Below are positions 15,654 to 24,642 of a stretch of DNA of 43,546 nt, in pieces; the stretch's first letter is position 1, and every line of letters starts with the position of its first letter. The position numbers and the translations under genes are program-made. Location: IMG/VR virus record IMGVR_UViG_3300037462_000196, positions 1 to 43,546 of that record. The stretch is one strand, 5' to 3'. The notes under the pieces are model-generated. The model was given only the letters and a program-made list of their open reading frames with translations. It searched no databases and had not been told where the DNA came from. The DNA is from a virus. Taxonomy: Duplodnaviria > Caudoviricetes.

Positions 15654-17682
15654 CGAGATCCACCTCTACGGCACGGTTGGTGCCTCGTTCTGGGACGAGG
15701 ACTATTTCACGGCCAAGCAAGTCCGCGATCAGCTTGCGGCGATGACCGGCGACCTGACGGTCCGCATCAATTCCGGCGGCGGCATCGCGACCGAGGGCCA
15801 GGCCATCTACACCATGCTGAAGGACTATCCCGGGCGCGTGACGGTCGTGGTGGATGGCGTCGCGGCCAGCGCGGCGAGCCTGATCGCGATGGCGGGCGAC
15901 ACCATTCGGATGCGGCTTGGCGCCTGGATGCTGGTTCACGATCCCGCGCAATGGCTGATCGACGGCCGCGGCACGGAAGCCGACCACCTCAAGGTCGCGG
16001 AAATCCTGTCGGTGGTCGGCGACGCCTACGCCGAGATCTACGCGGACCGCAGCGGCATGACCCGGGCGCTTGCCCGCGAGATCATGCGCGCGGAAACCGT
16101 CATGGATGGGGAAAAGGCAATCGAACTCGGCTTCGCGGATGAGCGCGAAGAAGCCGAGTCGCAGGCCGCCGCATCCTTCGACTACCGCATCTATTCCAAC
16201 GCGCCGAGCAACCTTCGCGCGGCATCGAATCGTCCCGGCGGGGTGCCGGGGAGGGAGGCCGTTCTGGCCATGGTCGCCGGAGTGCCCGGCAAGCAGAGGA
16301 AGGAGCCTTCGATGGCTGAGAAGTCCACGCCGGCTGCGGAGGCGAAACCCGCAGCAACCCCTGTCGCCGAACAGCCCGCGGCAGTCGCTGCGGCTGCTGC
16401 CTCCAGCGACGTCCTGATGACCGCGGCGCAAGCTTCGCGCCTTCACACGATCGCGGACAGGGCGGGTATTCCGTCCGCCGAGGTGACGAAGCTGATCGAC
16501 GGAGGGTCTTCGTTCGACGCCGTTCTGGATCAGATCACGGCGAAGTGGCAGGCGTCGCCGGCTGCCGGGGACGATCTGCCCCGGGCGGGTCGCGAGACCG
16601 CCAAGATCACCCGCGACGAGCGCGAGACGCTGCGCGCCGGGATGACGTCCGCGCTGGTCGCGCAGCTCGGGCGGAAGGATCCGGACCACGAGGCCGGGCG
16701 GCAATACATGCAGTCGTCAATCCTCGACATGGCGGTTGCCTGCACGGGTTACCGCGGCCCGACTCGGACGGCGGCTGACCGTCTTGACGCCATCACGATG
16801 GCGTTCCATACGACGTCGGACTTCCCGGCCATCTTCGAGAGCGCGCTCAACAAGCGCCTTCTGGACCGCTATGCGGACGCCCCCGTGGTCTATCCGCAGA
16901 TCTCGCGCCGCCGCGACTTCACCGACTTCCGCCCGCACCCGATGACCCGGGCCGGCGACTTCCCGCTGCTGCGCGAGGTCAACGAGGCCGGGGAAATCCA
17001 GTTCGGCACGTTCGGAGAGTCGAAGGAGACGGCCGTCCTCAAGGCCTACGCGATCGCGCTGGCGGTCACCCGCCAGATGATGATCAACGACGACCTGGGC
17101 GCGATCGAGGACGTCATCCGCGACGCCGGAATGGCCGTCGCGCGGACGGAGGAGGCGGTCTTCTTCGCGATGATGCTTTCCGGCGCCAACGCCGACGGGC
17201 CCACGCTGGCTTCGACCACGCGTCAGGTGTTCAACATCACCGACGGGTCGAAGGCGGGCACGGCCGCGGCGATCACGACCGCCGCGGTGGGTCTGGGGCG
17301 CGCCGCCATCCGCAAGCACAAGAGCGTCGACAACTCTGACCTCGGCCTTGCGCCGGCGATCCTGCTTACCGGCCCGGACAAGGAGCTCGAAGCGGATCAG
17401 CTGACCGTCGCGATCACCGCGAACGAGACGGTGAAGGTCAACCCGTTCTCGGGCCGCCTGACGCCGATCTCGACGCCGAAGATCACCGGCAACGCCTGGT
17501 ACCTTCTGCCTTCGCCGGACGTGCAGTCGCTGTTCGTGCACGGCTTCCTTCAGGGTGATCAGGGTCCGCGTGTGCGCATGGAAGAGCCCTTCGGGACGCA
17601 GGGCATCCGCTACAGCATCGAGCGCGACTTTGGCGTCGCTGCGGTCGACTACCGCGGCGGCTACAAGAACGCCGGCGCCTGA
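15643..17682 (+). CDS. ClpP-like prohead protease-major capsid protein fusion
   Basis: RINSGGG, DGVAASAASLI, MLVHDP protease motifs; Ala-rich scaffold-like linker; HTTSDFP...DFGVAAVDYRG capsid domain. Confidence 0.93.
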   Translation: MADNEIHLYGTVGASFWDEDYFTAKQVRDQLAAMTGDLTVRINSGGGIATEGQAIYTMLKDYPGRVTVVVDGVAASAASLIAMAGDTIRMRLGAWMLVHDPAQWLIDGRGTEADHLKVAEILSVVGDAYAEIYADRSGMTRALAREIMRAETVMDGEKAIELGFADEREEAESQAAASFDYRIYSNAPSNLRAASNRPGGVPGREAVLAMVAGVPGKQRKEPSMAEKSTPAAEAKPAATPVAEQPAAVAAAAASSDVLMTAAQASRLHTIADRAGIPSAEVTKLIDGGSSFDAVLDQITAKWQASPAAGDDLPRAGRETAKITRDERETLRAGMTSALVAQLGRKDPDHEAGRQYMQSSILDMAVACTGYRGPTRTAADRLDAITMAFHTTSDFPAIFESALNKRLLDRYADAPVVYPQISRRRDFTDFRPHPMTRAGDFPLLREVNEAGEIQFGTFGESKETAVLKAYAIALAVTRQMMINDDLGAIEDVIRDAGMAVARTEEAVFFAMMLSGANADGPTLASTTRQVFNITDGSKAGTAAAITTAAVGLGRAAIRKHKSVDNSDLGLAPAILLTGPDKELEADQLTVAITANETVKVNPFSGRLTPISTPKITGNAWYLLPSPDVQSLFVHGFLQGDQGPRVRMEEPFGTQGIRYSIERDFGVAAVDYRGGYKNAGA

Positions 17683-17758
17683 CCCGGGCCCGCAAGGCTA
17701 ACGCTCCGGCGGCGCGATCGCCGGAGCCAACCCCCAGATTCCCGAAGGAGGGATACCG

Positions 17759-18100
17759 ATGAAGAACTTCGTACAACCCGGGGATGCGATCACCGTCGCT
17801 GCCCCCGCGAACGTGAATGCCGGTGCCGGCGTCCTGATCGGCAGTCTGTTCGGCGTCGCGCTGACCACGGCGCTTTCCGGCGCCAGCGTCGAGATCCAGA
17901 CTACCGGCGTGGTCGACATCACCAAGGCGCCGTCGCAGGCGTGGACTGTCGGCGCCCTGATCTACTGGGACGCGGCCAACAACCGCGCGACCAACGTGGC
18001 GTCGACCAACAAGCTGATCGGCCTGGCGGTCGCTGCCGTCGCTGGCGGTGCTGGCGACACGATCGGCCGGGTGCGTCTCAACGGTGCCGGGGTCAACTGA
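17759..18100 (+). CDS. DUF2190-like capsid cement/decoration protein
   Basis: MKNFVQPGDAIT...GSLFGVA...IYWD...VRLNG. Confidence 0.9.
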   Translation: MKNFVQPGDAITVAAPANVNAGAGVLIGSLFGVALTTALSGASVEIQTTGVVDITKAPSQAWTVGALIYWDAANNRATNVASTNKLIGLAVAAVAGGAGDTIGRVRLNGAGVN

Positions 18101-18411
18101 TGACCGCATTTGCGGCGGCGATCAATGCGCTGTTCGCAGACCCGAATCTGGCCGTCGCCGCGACCCTGCATCGCGGCGACGGTTCTTCTGCGGAGGTGTC
18201 GATCATCCTCCGAAGGCCCGATGTCGTGAGCGAGTTCAATGCCGGACGCTTCCGGTCGGAGACGCTTCTGATCGACGTCCGGGTTTCCGATGTGCCGATT
18301 CTCGCCGAGGGCGATCAGTTCGTCATCGACGCCGAGGTCTTTCGCGTCGCCGGTGCGCCCGTTCGAGATCGGGAAAGGCTGGTCTGGGCGGCAGAGGCGC
18401 GGCGGGCCTGA
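18100..18411 (+). CDS. Head-tail joining protein
   Basis: MTAFAAAINALFADPNLA...RDRERLVW; position. Confidence 0.8.
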   Translation: MTAFAAAINALFADPNLAVAATLHRGDGSSAEVSIILRRPDVVSEFNAGRFRSETLLIDVRVSDVPILAEGDQFVIDAEVFRVAGAPVRDRERLVWAAEARRA

Positions 18412-19046
18412 TGTTTCGACTTGAGGTGCGGGAGAACCTGAAGGCAGACATGGCCGCGGAGACGCTGCGCGGCGAGATCGCGGTCACCCGAGCCATGACT
18501 TCCGCTGGCCGGGCTGTGCAACGGGCCTGGAGGGATCAGGTCCGTGGCGCTGGACTTGGCGCGCGGCTTGCCAATAGCGTGCGGCAGCGTGTCTATCCCG
18601 CCGGCGAGCCATCGATGAAAGCCGCCGCCCTGATCTGGACCAAGGCGCCGAAGATCATCGGCGCATTCGACAGGGGAGCGCTGATCCGGTCCAGCAACGG
18701 GTTCTGGCTTGCCATACCGACCGCTGCGGCCGGCCGGGGAGGGCGCGGGCGGATCACGCCTGGCCAATGGGAGAATAGGACGGGCCGCCGCCTGCGCTTC
18801 GTCTATCGCAAGGGGCGCAGCGCGCTGCTTGTGGACGATGGCAACCGGCGGATCGAGGGTGGCAGCCTGCGCCGCGGACAGTTCGGGCCCCGCGCGCCGC
18901 GCGCGTTCCGCAACCGAACCGTGCCGATCTTCGTGCTGGTGCGGCAGGTGCGCTTACCCAAGAAGCTTTCGCTGGACGCTGCAACCGCGCGCGGCGCGGC
19001 AGGAATTTCCGGCCTGATCGTGGCCGGCTGGCGCGACGAGGGATAG
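18411..19046 (+). CDS. DUF6441-like tail completion/neck protein
   Basis: WRDQVRGAGLGARLANS...GFWLAIPT...VPIFVLV. Confidence 0.75.
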   Translation: MFRLEVRENLKADMAAETLRGEIAVTRAMTSAGRAVQRAWRDQVRGAGLGARLANSVRQRVYPAGEPSMKAAALIWTKAPKIIGAFDRGALIRSSNGFWLAIPTAAAGRGGRGRITPGQWENRTGRRLRFVYRKGRSALLVDDGNRRIEGGSLRRGQFGPRAPRAFRNRTVPIFVLVRQVRLPKKLSLDAATARGAAGISGLIVAGWRDEG

Positions 19047-19048
19047 CA

Positions 19049-19477
19049 ATGCCAAGCAAATCGGAATCCGTCCTGGCCGCGCTTGGGGCGGCGATTGCGG
19101 CCGGGCTTCCCGCCGGCGCTGACTACGAGCGAAACGGAGTGCTTCCGGCCGTGCTGCCACGCGGCGGCCTGGTGATCCTGCGCGATGGTGACCCCGGAGA
19201 GCCGGAGTTTCTGCTGTCGCCGCTGACCTACATCTACGAGCATCGCGCCGAGGTCGACATTGTCGTCGAGGGTTCTTGCCGTGACGAGCTGTTCGACGCC
19301 CTGAAAGTGGCGATCGGGACGGCGCTGGCGGCGGACCGCACGCTTGGTGGCCTGTGCGACTGGGTCGAGCCCGAGGCGCCAGCGCCCGTCGAGCTGCCGG
19401 TCGATGGTGGCGAAGAGATCAAGGCCGCCACCATCGGCGTCCTTCTGACCTACGAGACTTCAAACCCGCTTACCTGA
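19049..19477 (+). CDS. Tail terminator-like protein
   Basis: LRDGDPGEPE...ADRTLGGLCDWVE; precedes the tail tube gene. Confidence 0.75.
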   Translation: MPSKSESVLAALGAAIAAGLPAGADYERNGVLPAVLPRGGLVILRDGDPGEPEFLLSPLTYIYEHRAEVDIVVEGSCRDELFDALKVAIGTALAADRTLGGLCDWVEPEAPAPVELPVDGGEEIKAATIGVLLTYETSNPLT

Positions 19478-19492
19478 CGAAAGGATCTTGCG

Positions 19493-20437
19493 ATGGCCCG
19501 CGAACAAGGCGCCAACGCCCGGCTGGCCGTGGCGTTCGAGTCCACCTACGGAACTGCGCCCGCCAGCGGGTTCCGGTCCATGCCCTTTGCGTCGACGACG
19601 CTCGGGCAGGAGCAACCGCTTCTGGCGAACGATCTTCTTGGCAACGGCCGCGACCCGGTCGCGCCGACGCGCGATGCCATCACCGCCGACGGCAACGTGA
19701 TCGTGCCGGTCGATGCCGAGAACCTTGGCGTCTGGCTGCGGGGCGCGTTCGGTGCGCCCGTCACGACCGGCGCCGGCCCCTATGACCACGAGTTCCGGTC
19801 TGGCGCGGCAACGCTGCCCAGCCTGTCGATCGAGAAATGGCTGCCCGGCGTTCCCATGTCGGAGATGTTCACGGGCTGTGTCGTCGACACGCTGAGCTGG
19901 ACGATGCAGCGGGCGGGCCTGCTGACCATGACGGTCGGACTGGTGGCCCAAGGCAGAACCAAATCCGCGAGCGCCCAGAGCGGGACGCTTGCCTCCGCCT
20001 ACAACCTGGTTCGCTTCGGCCATTTCAACGGGTCGATCGCGCGCGACGGGTCGGCGCTTGGCAATGTCGAGTCGGCCAGCATCACCTATTCCAACAACCT
20101 CGACCGGATCGAGACGATCCGGTCGGACGGCCGGATCGACGGCGCGGATCCCACCGTGGCGGCGCTGAGCGGAGAAATCACCGTCCGGTTCGCCAACACC
20201 ACGCTTCTCGATCAGGCCATCGACGGCGAGCCTTGCGAACTGGTGTTCACCCATGCGCTTGCCGGCGGGGAGGAGTTCGTCTTCACCGCCCATGCGGTCT
20301 ATCTTCCAACGCCGCGTATTCCGATCGAGGGGCCAGGCGGCATCCGCGCGACGTTCGCCTGGCAGGCGGCAAAGCACACGAGCCCGGCGCGCATGTGCAC
20401 GGCCGTCCTGACCAACGACGTCGCGAGCTACGCATGA
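19493..20437 (+). CDS. Tail tube protein
   Basis: MAREQGANARL...FESTYG...YSNNLDRIETIRSDG. Confidence 0.9.
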   Translation: MAREQGANARLAVAFESTYGTAPASGFRSMPFASTTLGQEQPLLANDLLGNGRDPVAPTRDAITADGNVIVPVDAENLGVWLRGAFGAPVTTGAGPYDHEFRSGAATLPSLSIEKWLPGVPMSEMFTGCVVDTLSWTMQRAGLLTMTVGLVAQGRTKSASAQSGTLASAYNLVRFGHFNGSIARDGSALGNVESASITYSNNLDRIETIRSDGRIDGADPTVAALSGEITVRFANTTLLDQAIDGEPCELVFTHALAGGEEFVFTAHAVYLPTPRIPIEGPGGIRATFAWQAAKHTSPARMCTAVLTNDVASYA

Positions 20438-20937
20438 TCCGCCTGAAGATCGGCCGCGAGGCCGAGTGGCACGACCTTGGCCATGGCGTCGAGGTGCTGT
20501 GCGAGCCGATGACGACGGCCGTACTGCTGTCGGCGCGGTCGGACGCGCGCTTTGCGGCGCTGGCTGCGGACGGCGGCCGCGCAGAGCCGCCGGACGCCAT
20601 GCTGGTCTTGTTCGAACTCAACCGGGCCATTGCCTCGCGCCTGATCGTCGACTGGCGCGGTGTTGAGGGCGAGGACGGGGCAGCCGTGACACCGACGCCA
20701 GAGGCGGTCGCAGCGCTGTTCGACCTGCATCGGAGCTTCTTCGAGGCCTTTAACGAGAAAGTTCTCTTCGCCTGGCAGCAGGTGGTGCAGGAAAAAAACG
20801 GATCGTCGCCCTTGCCGAGTGGCACTTCGGCGGGGGCGGGCGGAGCTACTGCGCGGGCTGCGAAGGAGCCTGTGCGGCGTGCCCCTACGTCGAAAATGCC
20901 CCGCAAAGCCGCGAAGGCGCGGCTGTCTGGGCGCTGA
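20434..20937 (+). CDS. Tail assembly chaperone (G-like)
   Basis: IVDWRGV...TPEAVAAL...EKN; lies between the tube and tape measure genes. Confidence 0.85.
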   Translation: MIRLKIGREAEWHDLGHGVEVLCEPMTTAVLLSARSDARFAALAADGGRAEPPDAMLVLFELNRAIASRLIVDWRGVEGEDGAAVTPTPEAVAALFDLHRSFFEAFNEKVLFAWQQVVQEKNGSSPLPSGTSAGAGGATARAAKEPVRRAPTSKMPRKAAKARLSGR

Positions 20938-21128
20938 TCGAAAGTCTAAACGGTCAGGTGCGTGTGGGTCCGATGGGCAACGTCATCGGCTGGGACATGA
21001 CCGCCGCGCTGGCCTTGGGCCGGGCAATGGGGATCGACGGGCGGGTTCTGGCGGAGTTCCTGCCGCCGGCCGAGGCGGCAATGGTGAGCAAGTTGCGCGA
21101 GCAACAGGAGGCGGATCGGCATGACTGA
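20799..21128 (+). CDS. Tail assembly chaperone -1 frameshift extension (GT-like)
   Basis: Slippery A-AAA-AAC at 20793-20799; -1 frame open RIVALAEWHFGGG...CAGC..CAACP...IGWDMTAALA to TGA 21128. Confidence 0.82.
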   Translation, partial: RIVALAEWHFGGGGRSYCAGCEGACAACPYVENAPQSREGAAVWALIESLNGQVRVGPMGNVIGWDMTAALALGRAMGIDGRVLAEFLPPAEAAMVSKLREQQEADRHD

Positions 21129-23112
21129 AAAGCGCGTTTCCGTCCGCCTGGTGGCCGAGGGCGACCGGCAGGTCAAGGCGATGTTCGCCGACCTTGGCCG
21201 GCAGGGCCCTGCTGCCTTCAATCAGGTCGGCACGGCGGCGCGGAACATGGCGCCGCAGATCCAGAACGCTGCGTTTCAGGTCGGCGACTTCGCGGTGCAG
21301 GTCGCCGGCGGCACGTCGGCCACCCGAGCCCTTGCGCAGCAGCTGCCGCAGCTTCTGGGCGGCTTCGGCGTGCTTGGCGCGGTGGTGGGCGCCGCCGTCG
21401 CAGTCCTGGTACCGCTGGCCGGCCGTCTCTTCGAGACCGAGGATGCGGCGGAACGTGCCAAGGAACAGATCGACAGTTTGGGAGAGGCGACGGAGGCCTA
21501 TTCCCGCGCGGCCGCGCTTGCCGTGTCGCCGATCGACGAGCTGATCAAGAAATACGGCGATCTGGCCGACGAGGTCCGCGCAGCGCAGGTTGCCGAGGCA
21601 GAGCTCGCCCGGGCGCGTGCACTCCGCGCGGTGACGGATACGCTCGACAATCTCTCCACCGGCTTTGCGACGGACGAGTTTTCTTCGGCACAGCTGTCGT
21701 CACAGCTGGCGGAGCGCGAGCGGATCCTGCAGCGACTGCGAGAGGCCGAAGCTGAGTATGCGGCCGCTTCGGCACAAGGGGATCGAGAAAGGCAGATTGC
21801 GCTCGCCAATGAGGAACGCCAGCTGCGCGCGCAACTGCGAACGCTCGTGGACATTCGGGAAGGCCTGCAAAACGTTTCGTTGGAATACGGCGTCACTGCA
21901 GAGCAGTCGCAGGCTCTGGCCGTCGCGATTGCGGGGGTGCGAGAGGCGACGAGCGGAACGGCCGCCGAACAGGTCGCGGCGGCGACCGAACTCAGGGACC
22001 TTCTTCTGGAAGCCTACGGGTCGATCGAAGAAGCCGACGCGGCGACGGACGGCCTTGCCTCGAACCTCAACAAGGCGGTGATTGAAGCGGCGAACATCGC
22101 AGCGACCGACATCGCGTCGCCGATCGGCACGGCGGCAAACGAGGCCGCGCGGTTGGCGTCGAACCTGGCGGCCGCGGGCGGGGCTTACAACGCCGAGCTC
22201 GCCCGTACCGGGCAAAGCTCGGGTCCGGATTCGGTGCGCAGCCAGCAGTTCGGTGGGGGCGTGTTCGCGCCGCGCGTCTTCGGGTCGCTGCTGGCCGCAC
22301 CGCCCATCCGGACCGGCCGCCGCGGCGGCGGGGGCGGCGGGGGCGCCGGCGGAGGCCGCGACCCGATGGCCGAGATGATGCGGGAGGCCGAGCGCATCTA
22401 CCGCGATACGCGGACCGAGGCCGAGAAGCTGGCGATCGAGGAGGAGCGGCTTGGCGAGCTGCGTCGCGCGGGCGCGCTGGATGCGGACACCTACAACCGC
22501 GCGCTGGCCAAGCTTGGCGACGAGTACGCCGATCAAGGCAGCCTGCTGCGCGATGTCGGAAGCACGGTCAAGGGCGCATTGGGTGACGTCTTCGGGGCAA
22601 TCTTCGATGGCGGCGGCAAGGCGATCGACGTGGTCAAGAACCTTGCCCAGGAACTGGCCACCATGGCGCTGCAGAGCTACGCGTTTCAGGCCCTTGCCGG
22701 GCTGTTCCCGCGGGTCTTCGGCGCCGGCGGATCGATTCCGCTGATCGGTAGCGCGATGGGGAATGCCTTCGATGGCGGCCGGATCGTTCCCTTCGCCATG
22801 GGCGGCGTCGTGACCGGCCCCACCCTGTTCCCGATGCGGGGGGGCACCGGCCTCATGGGTGAGGCCGGCCCGGAGGCGATCCTTCCTCTGACGCGCATCG
22901 GCGGGCGCCTTGGCGTGGCCTCGCAGGGGTCTGGCGGCACCGTGGTGCAGATCAACAACTACACCGGGGCCCCTGTGCGCGAGGAGCGCCAGCGGGGTCC
23001 GAATGGCGAGGATCTGGTGCAGGTGATCGTTGGTGAACAGATGGCGCGTGGCCAATTCGATCGGGCGCAGCGGAGCCGGTACGGCCTGAGGCCGCAGGCG
23101 GTGGCGCGATGA
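21121..23112 (+). CDS. Tail tape measure protein
   Basis: VSVRL, QVGDFAVQ...QQLPQLL, FAMGGVVTGPT...GEAGPEAILPL; Ala-rich. Confidence 0.93.
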   Translation: MTEKRVSVRLVAEGDRQVKAMFADLGRQGPAAFNQVGTAARNMAPQIQNAAFQVGDFAVQVAGGTSATRALAQQLPQLLGGFGVLGAVVGAAVAVLVPLAGRLFETEDAAERAKEQIDSLGEATEAYSRAAALAVSPIDELIKKYGDLADEVRAAQVAEAELARARALRAVTDTLDNLSTGFATDEFSSAQLSSQLAERERILQRLREAEAEYAAASAQGDRERQIALANEERQLRAQLRTLVDIREGLQNVSLEYGVTAEQSQALAVAIAGVREATSGTAAEQVAAATELRDLLLEAYGSIEEADAATDGLASNLNKAVIEAANIAATDIASPIGTAANEAARLASNLAAAGGAYNAELARTGQSSGPDSVRSQQFGGGVFAPRVFGSLLAAPPIRTGRRGGGGGGGAGGGRDPMAEMMREAERIYRDTRTEAEKLAIEEERLGELRRAGALDADTYNRALAKLGDEYADQGSLLRDVGSTVKGALGDVFGAIFDGGGKAIDVVKNLAQELATMALQSYAFQALAGLFPRVFGAGGSIPLIGSAMGNAFDGGRIVPFAMGGVVTGPTLFPMRGGTGLMGEAGPEAILPLTRIGGRLGVASQGSGGTVVQINNYTGAPVREERQRGPNGEDLVQVIVGEQMARGQFDRAQRSRYGLRPQAVAR

Positions 23113-23735
23113 TTCCGCACTGGCCGACCGCGATGAGGCAGGCGCCCCGCCGCCAGTCGTGGACTGGCGGCCCGCAAGAAGTGCGCGCGACGTTCCGGCC
23201 GGAAGTCGGCCCAGACATGACGCGGCGCCGGATCACCGGGACGCCAAGAATTTACCAGGCGGTCTTTCAGAACCTGTCGAATGTCCAGCGTACCCTCTTC
23301 GACGGATTCTTCGATGAGGATCTGGCGGGCGGCACGCTGGCCTTCGCGTGGCGGGATCCCATCGATGGCGATCTGGCCCTCTGGCGCATTCGTGGGGATG
23401 GCGACACGCCCTATAGCATGACGTCCAAGGGTGCGGCCCTGCACGATCTTTCGCTGACACTTCTGCGGCTTCCCGGCGTGCCATGGTGGGCGCCCTATGG
23501 CCTCGCCGGGGACAACCGGGCGCCCTATGTCGTTGCCGACTACCAGGGCGGGGTCTACGGGGTGGCCGGACAGCGTACCGCCGCTGCGGCTGTTGCGCTG
23601 GTCGCAGGCACGTTCGACCTGTTCACCACCGATGGCGCGACCACTGCAGAGCTCGCCCATGTCGTCGCGGCAGGCGACATTCCGGCGACTGCGCCAGGAA
23701 CGGTCACCAAGATTGTCGGGTTCGTGCCGGAATGA
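23109..23735 (+). CDS. Distal tail protein-like with C-terminal extension
   Basis: Follows the tape measure gene; VGPDMTRRR...F..FFDEDLAGGTLAFAWRDP. Confidence 0.7.
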   Translation: MIPHWPTAMRQAPRRQSWTGGPQEVRATFRPEVGPDMTRRRITGTPRIYQAVFQNLSNVQRTLFDGFFDEDLAGGTLAFAWRDPIDGDLALWRIRGDGDTPYSMTSKGAALHDLSLTLLRLPGVPWWAPYGLAGDNRAPYVVADYQGGVYGVAGQRTAAAAVALVAGTFDLFTTDGATTAELAHVVAAGDIPATAPGTVTKIVGFVPE

Positions 23736-24238
23736 GTCGCGCCGGTGCCGTCGCCCGCCGCGCGGAGCTTGAGGCCGAGGCCAACCCGCACGCGCAGTTG
23801 CCGTTTCTCGAAATCACGCATTCGGGGCTGACCCGCCCGATCCGCGTGGTGAGCGATGTCTTCGACTACGTGTGGCGCGGTCATACGTGGCTGGGCCTTC
23901 CGTTCGAGATCGACCTGCTGACAGACGGCGACGCGCCGCCTGAGGCCCGGGTCAGGGTGCAGAACACGGACCGCCGCATCGGCGAGGCGTTGCGCACGAT
24001 GCCGGATCGCGCCCAGCTGGCGCTGAGCCTTCTGTCCAGTGCCGATTTCGACCTGTCGGTCAATCCGCGAGTCGAGGTCGGGACGGCTGCGGTCATCTAT
24101 GGCTATGCGCATTTCGAGCTTGTGGACGTCGATGCTGACGCAACGCAGCTTGTCGGCCGCATCTTCCTGCGGGATCTCGCGCAAGAGATCTACGGCTTTG
24201 CCGCCACTGAGGCGCGAGCGCCGGGGCTGTTCGCGTGA
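23732..24238 (+). CDS. DUF1833-like minor tail protein
   Basis: LEITHSGLTRPIRVV...PFEIDL; position. Confidence 0.75.
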   Translation: MSRAGAVARRAELEAEANPHAQLPFLEITHSGLTRPIRVVSDVFDYVWRGHTWLGLPFEIDLLTDGDAPPEARVRVQNTDRRIGEALRTMPDRAQLALSLLSSADFDLSVNPRVEVGTAAVIYGYAHFELVDVDADATQLVGRIFLRDLAQEIYGFAATEARAPGLFA

Positions 24239-24642
24239 CAACGGCTTGGTGGGCGCCCTATGTCGGCATCCCGTTCCTGGACGGCGGTCGTGACCGTCTT
24301 GGTGCCGACTGCTGGGGTCTTGTCCGGCTTGTCTACGCCCAGGAAATCGGCATAGCGCTGCCGTCCTATGGCGAGATCGGCGCTTCGGATCTGCTTCGCA
24401 TCGCGCGGACCATGCGCGATGGAAGTGCCGAAGATTGCTGGCGGGCCGTCACGGTTCCGGCGACGTTCGATGTCGTGCTGATGCGCGACGGCCGTGGCGG
24501 GCGATCTGTGGTTCATGTCGGCGTCATGATCGATCCGCGCCGGCTTCTGCACGTCGAGCCCAAGACGGACGCGCTGATCGTTCCTGTGGCGCACACCTAC
24601 GTCAGGGGGCGCGTCGCAGGCTTCCGGAGGTATGTCGCATGA
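24235..24642 (+). CDS. NlpC/P60 tail-assembly peptidase
   Basis: YVGIPF..GGRD..GADCWGLV, HVGV, LLH. Confidence 0.92.
   Translation: MTTAWWAPYVGIPFLDGGRDRLGADCWGLVRLVYAQEIGIALPSYGEIGASDLLRIARTMRDGSAEDCWRAVTVPATFDVVLMRDGRGGRSVVHVGVMIDPRRLLHVEPKTDALIVPVAHTYVRGRVAGFRRYVA

Noticed and set aside
15643-17682. Protease-capsid fusion as a novelty
   Set aside because: A known arrangement in lambda-like phages with GpA terminase and DUF2190
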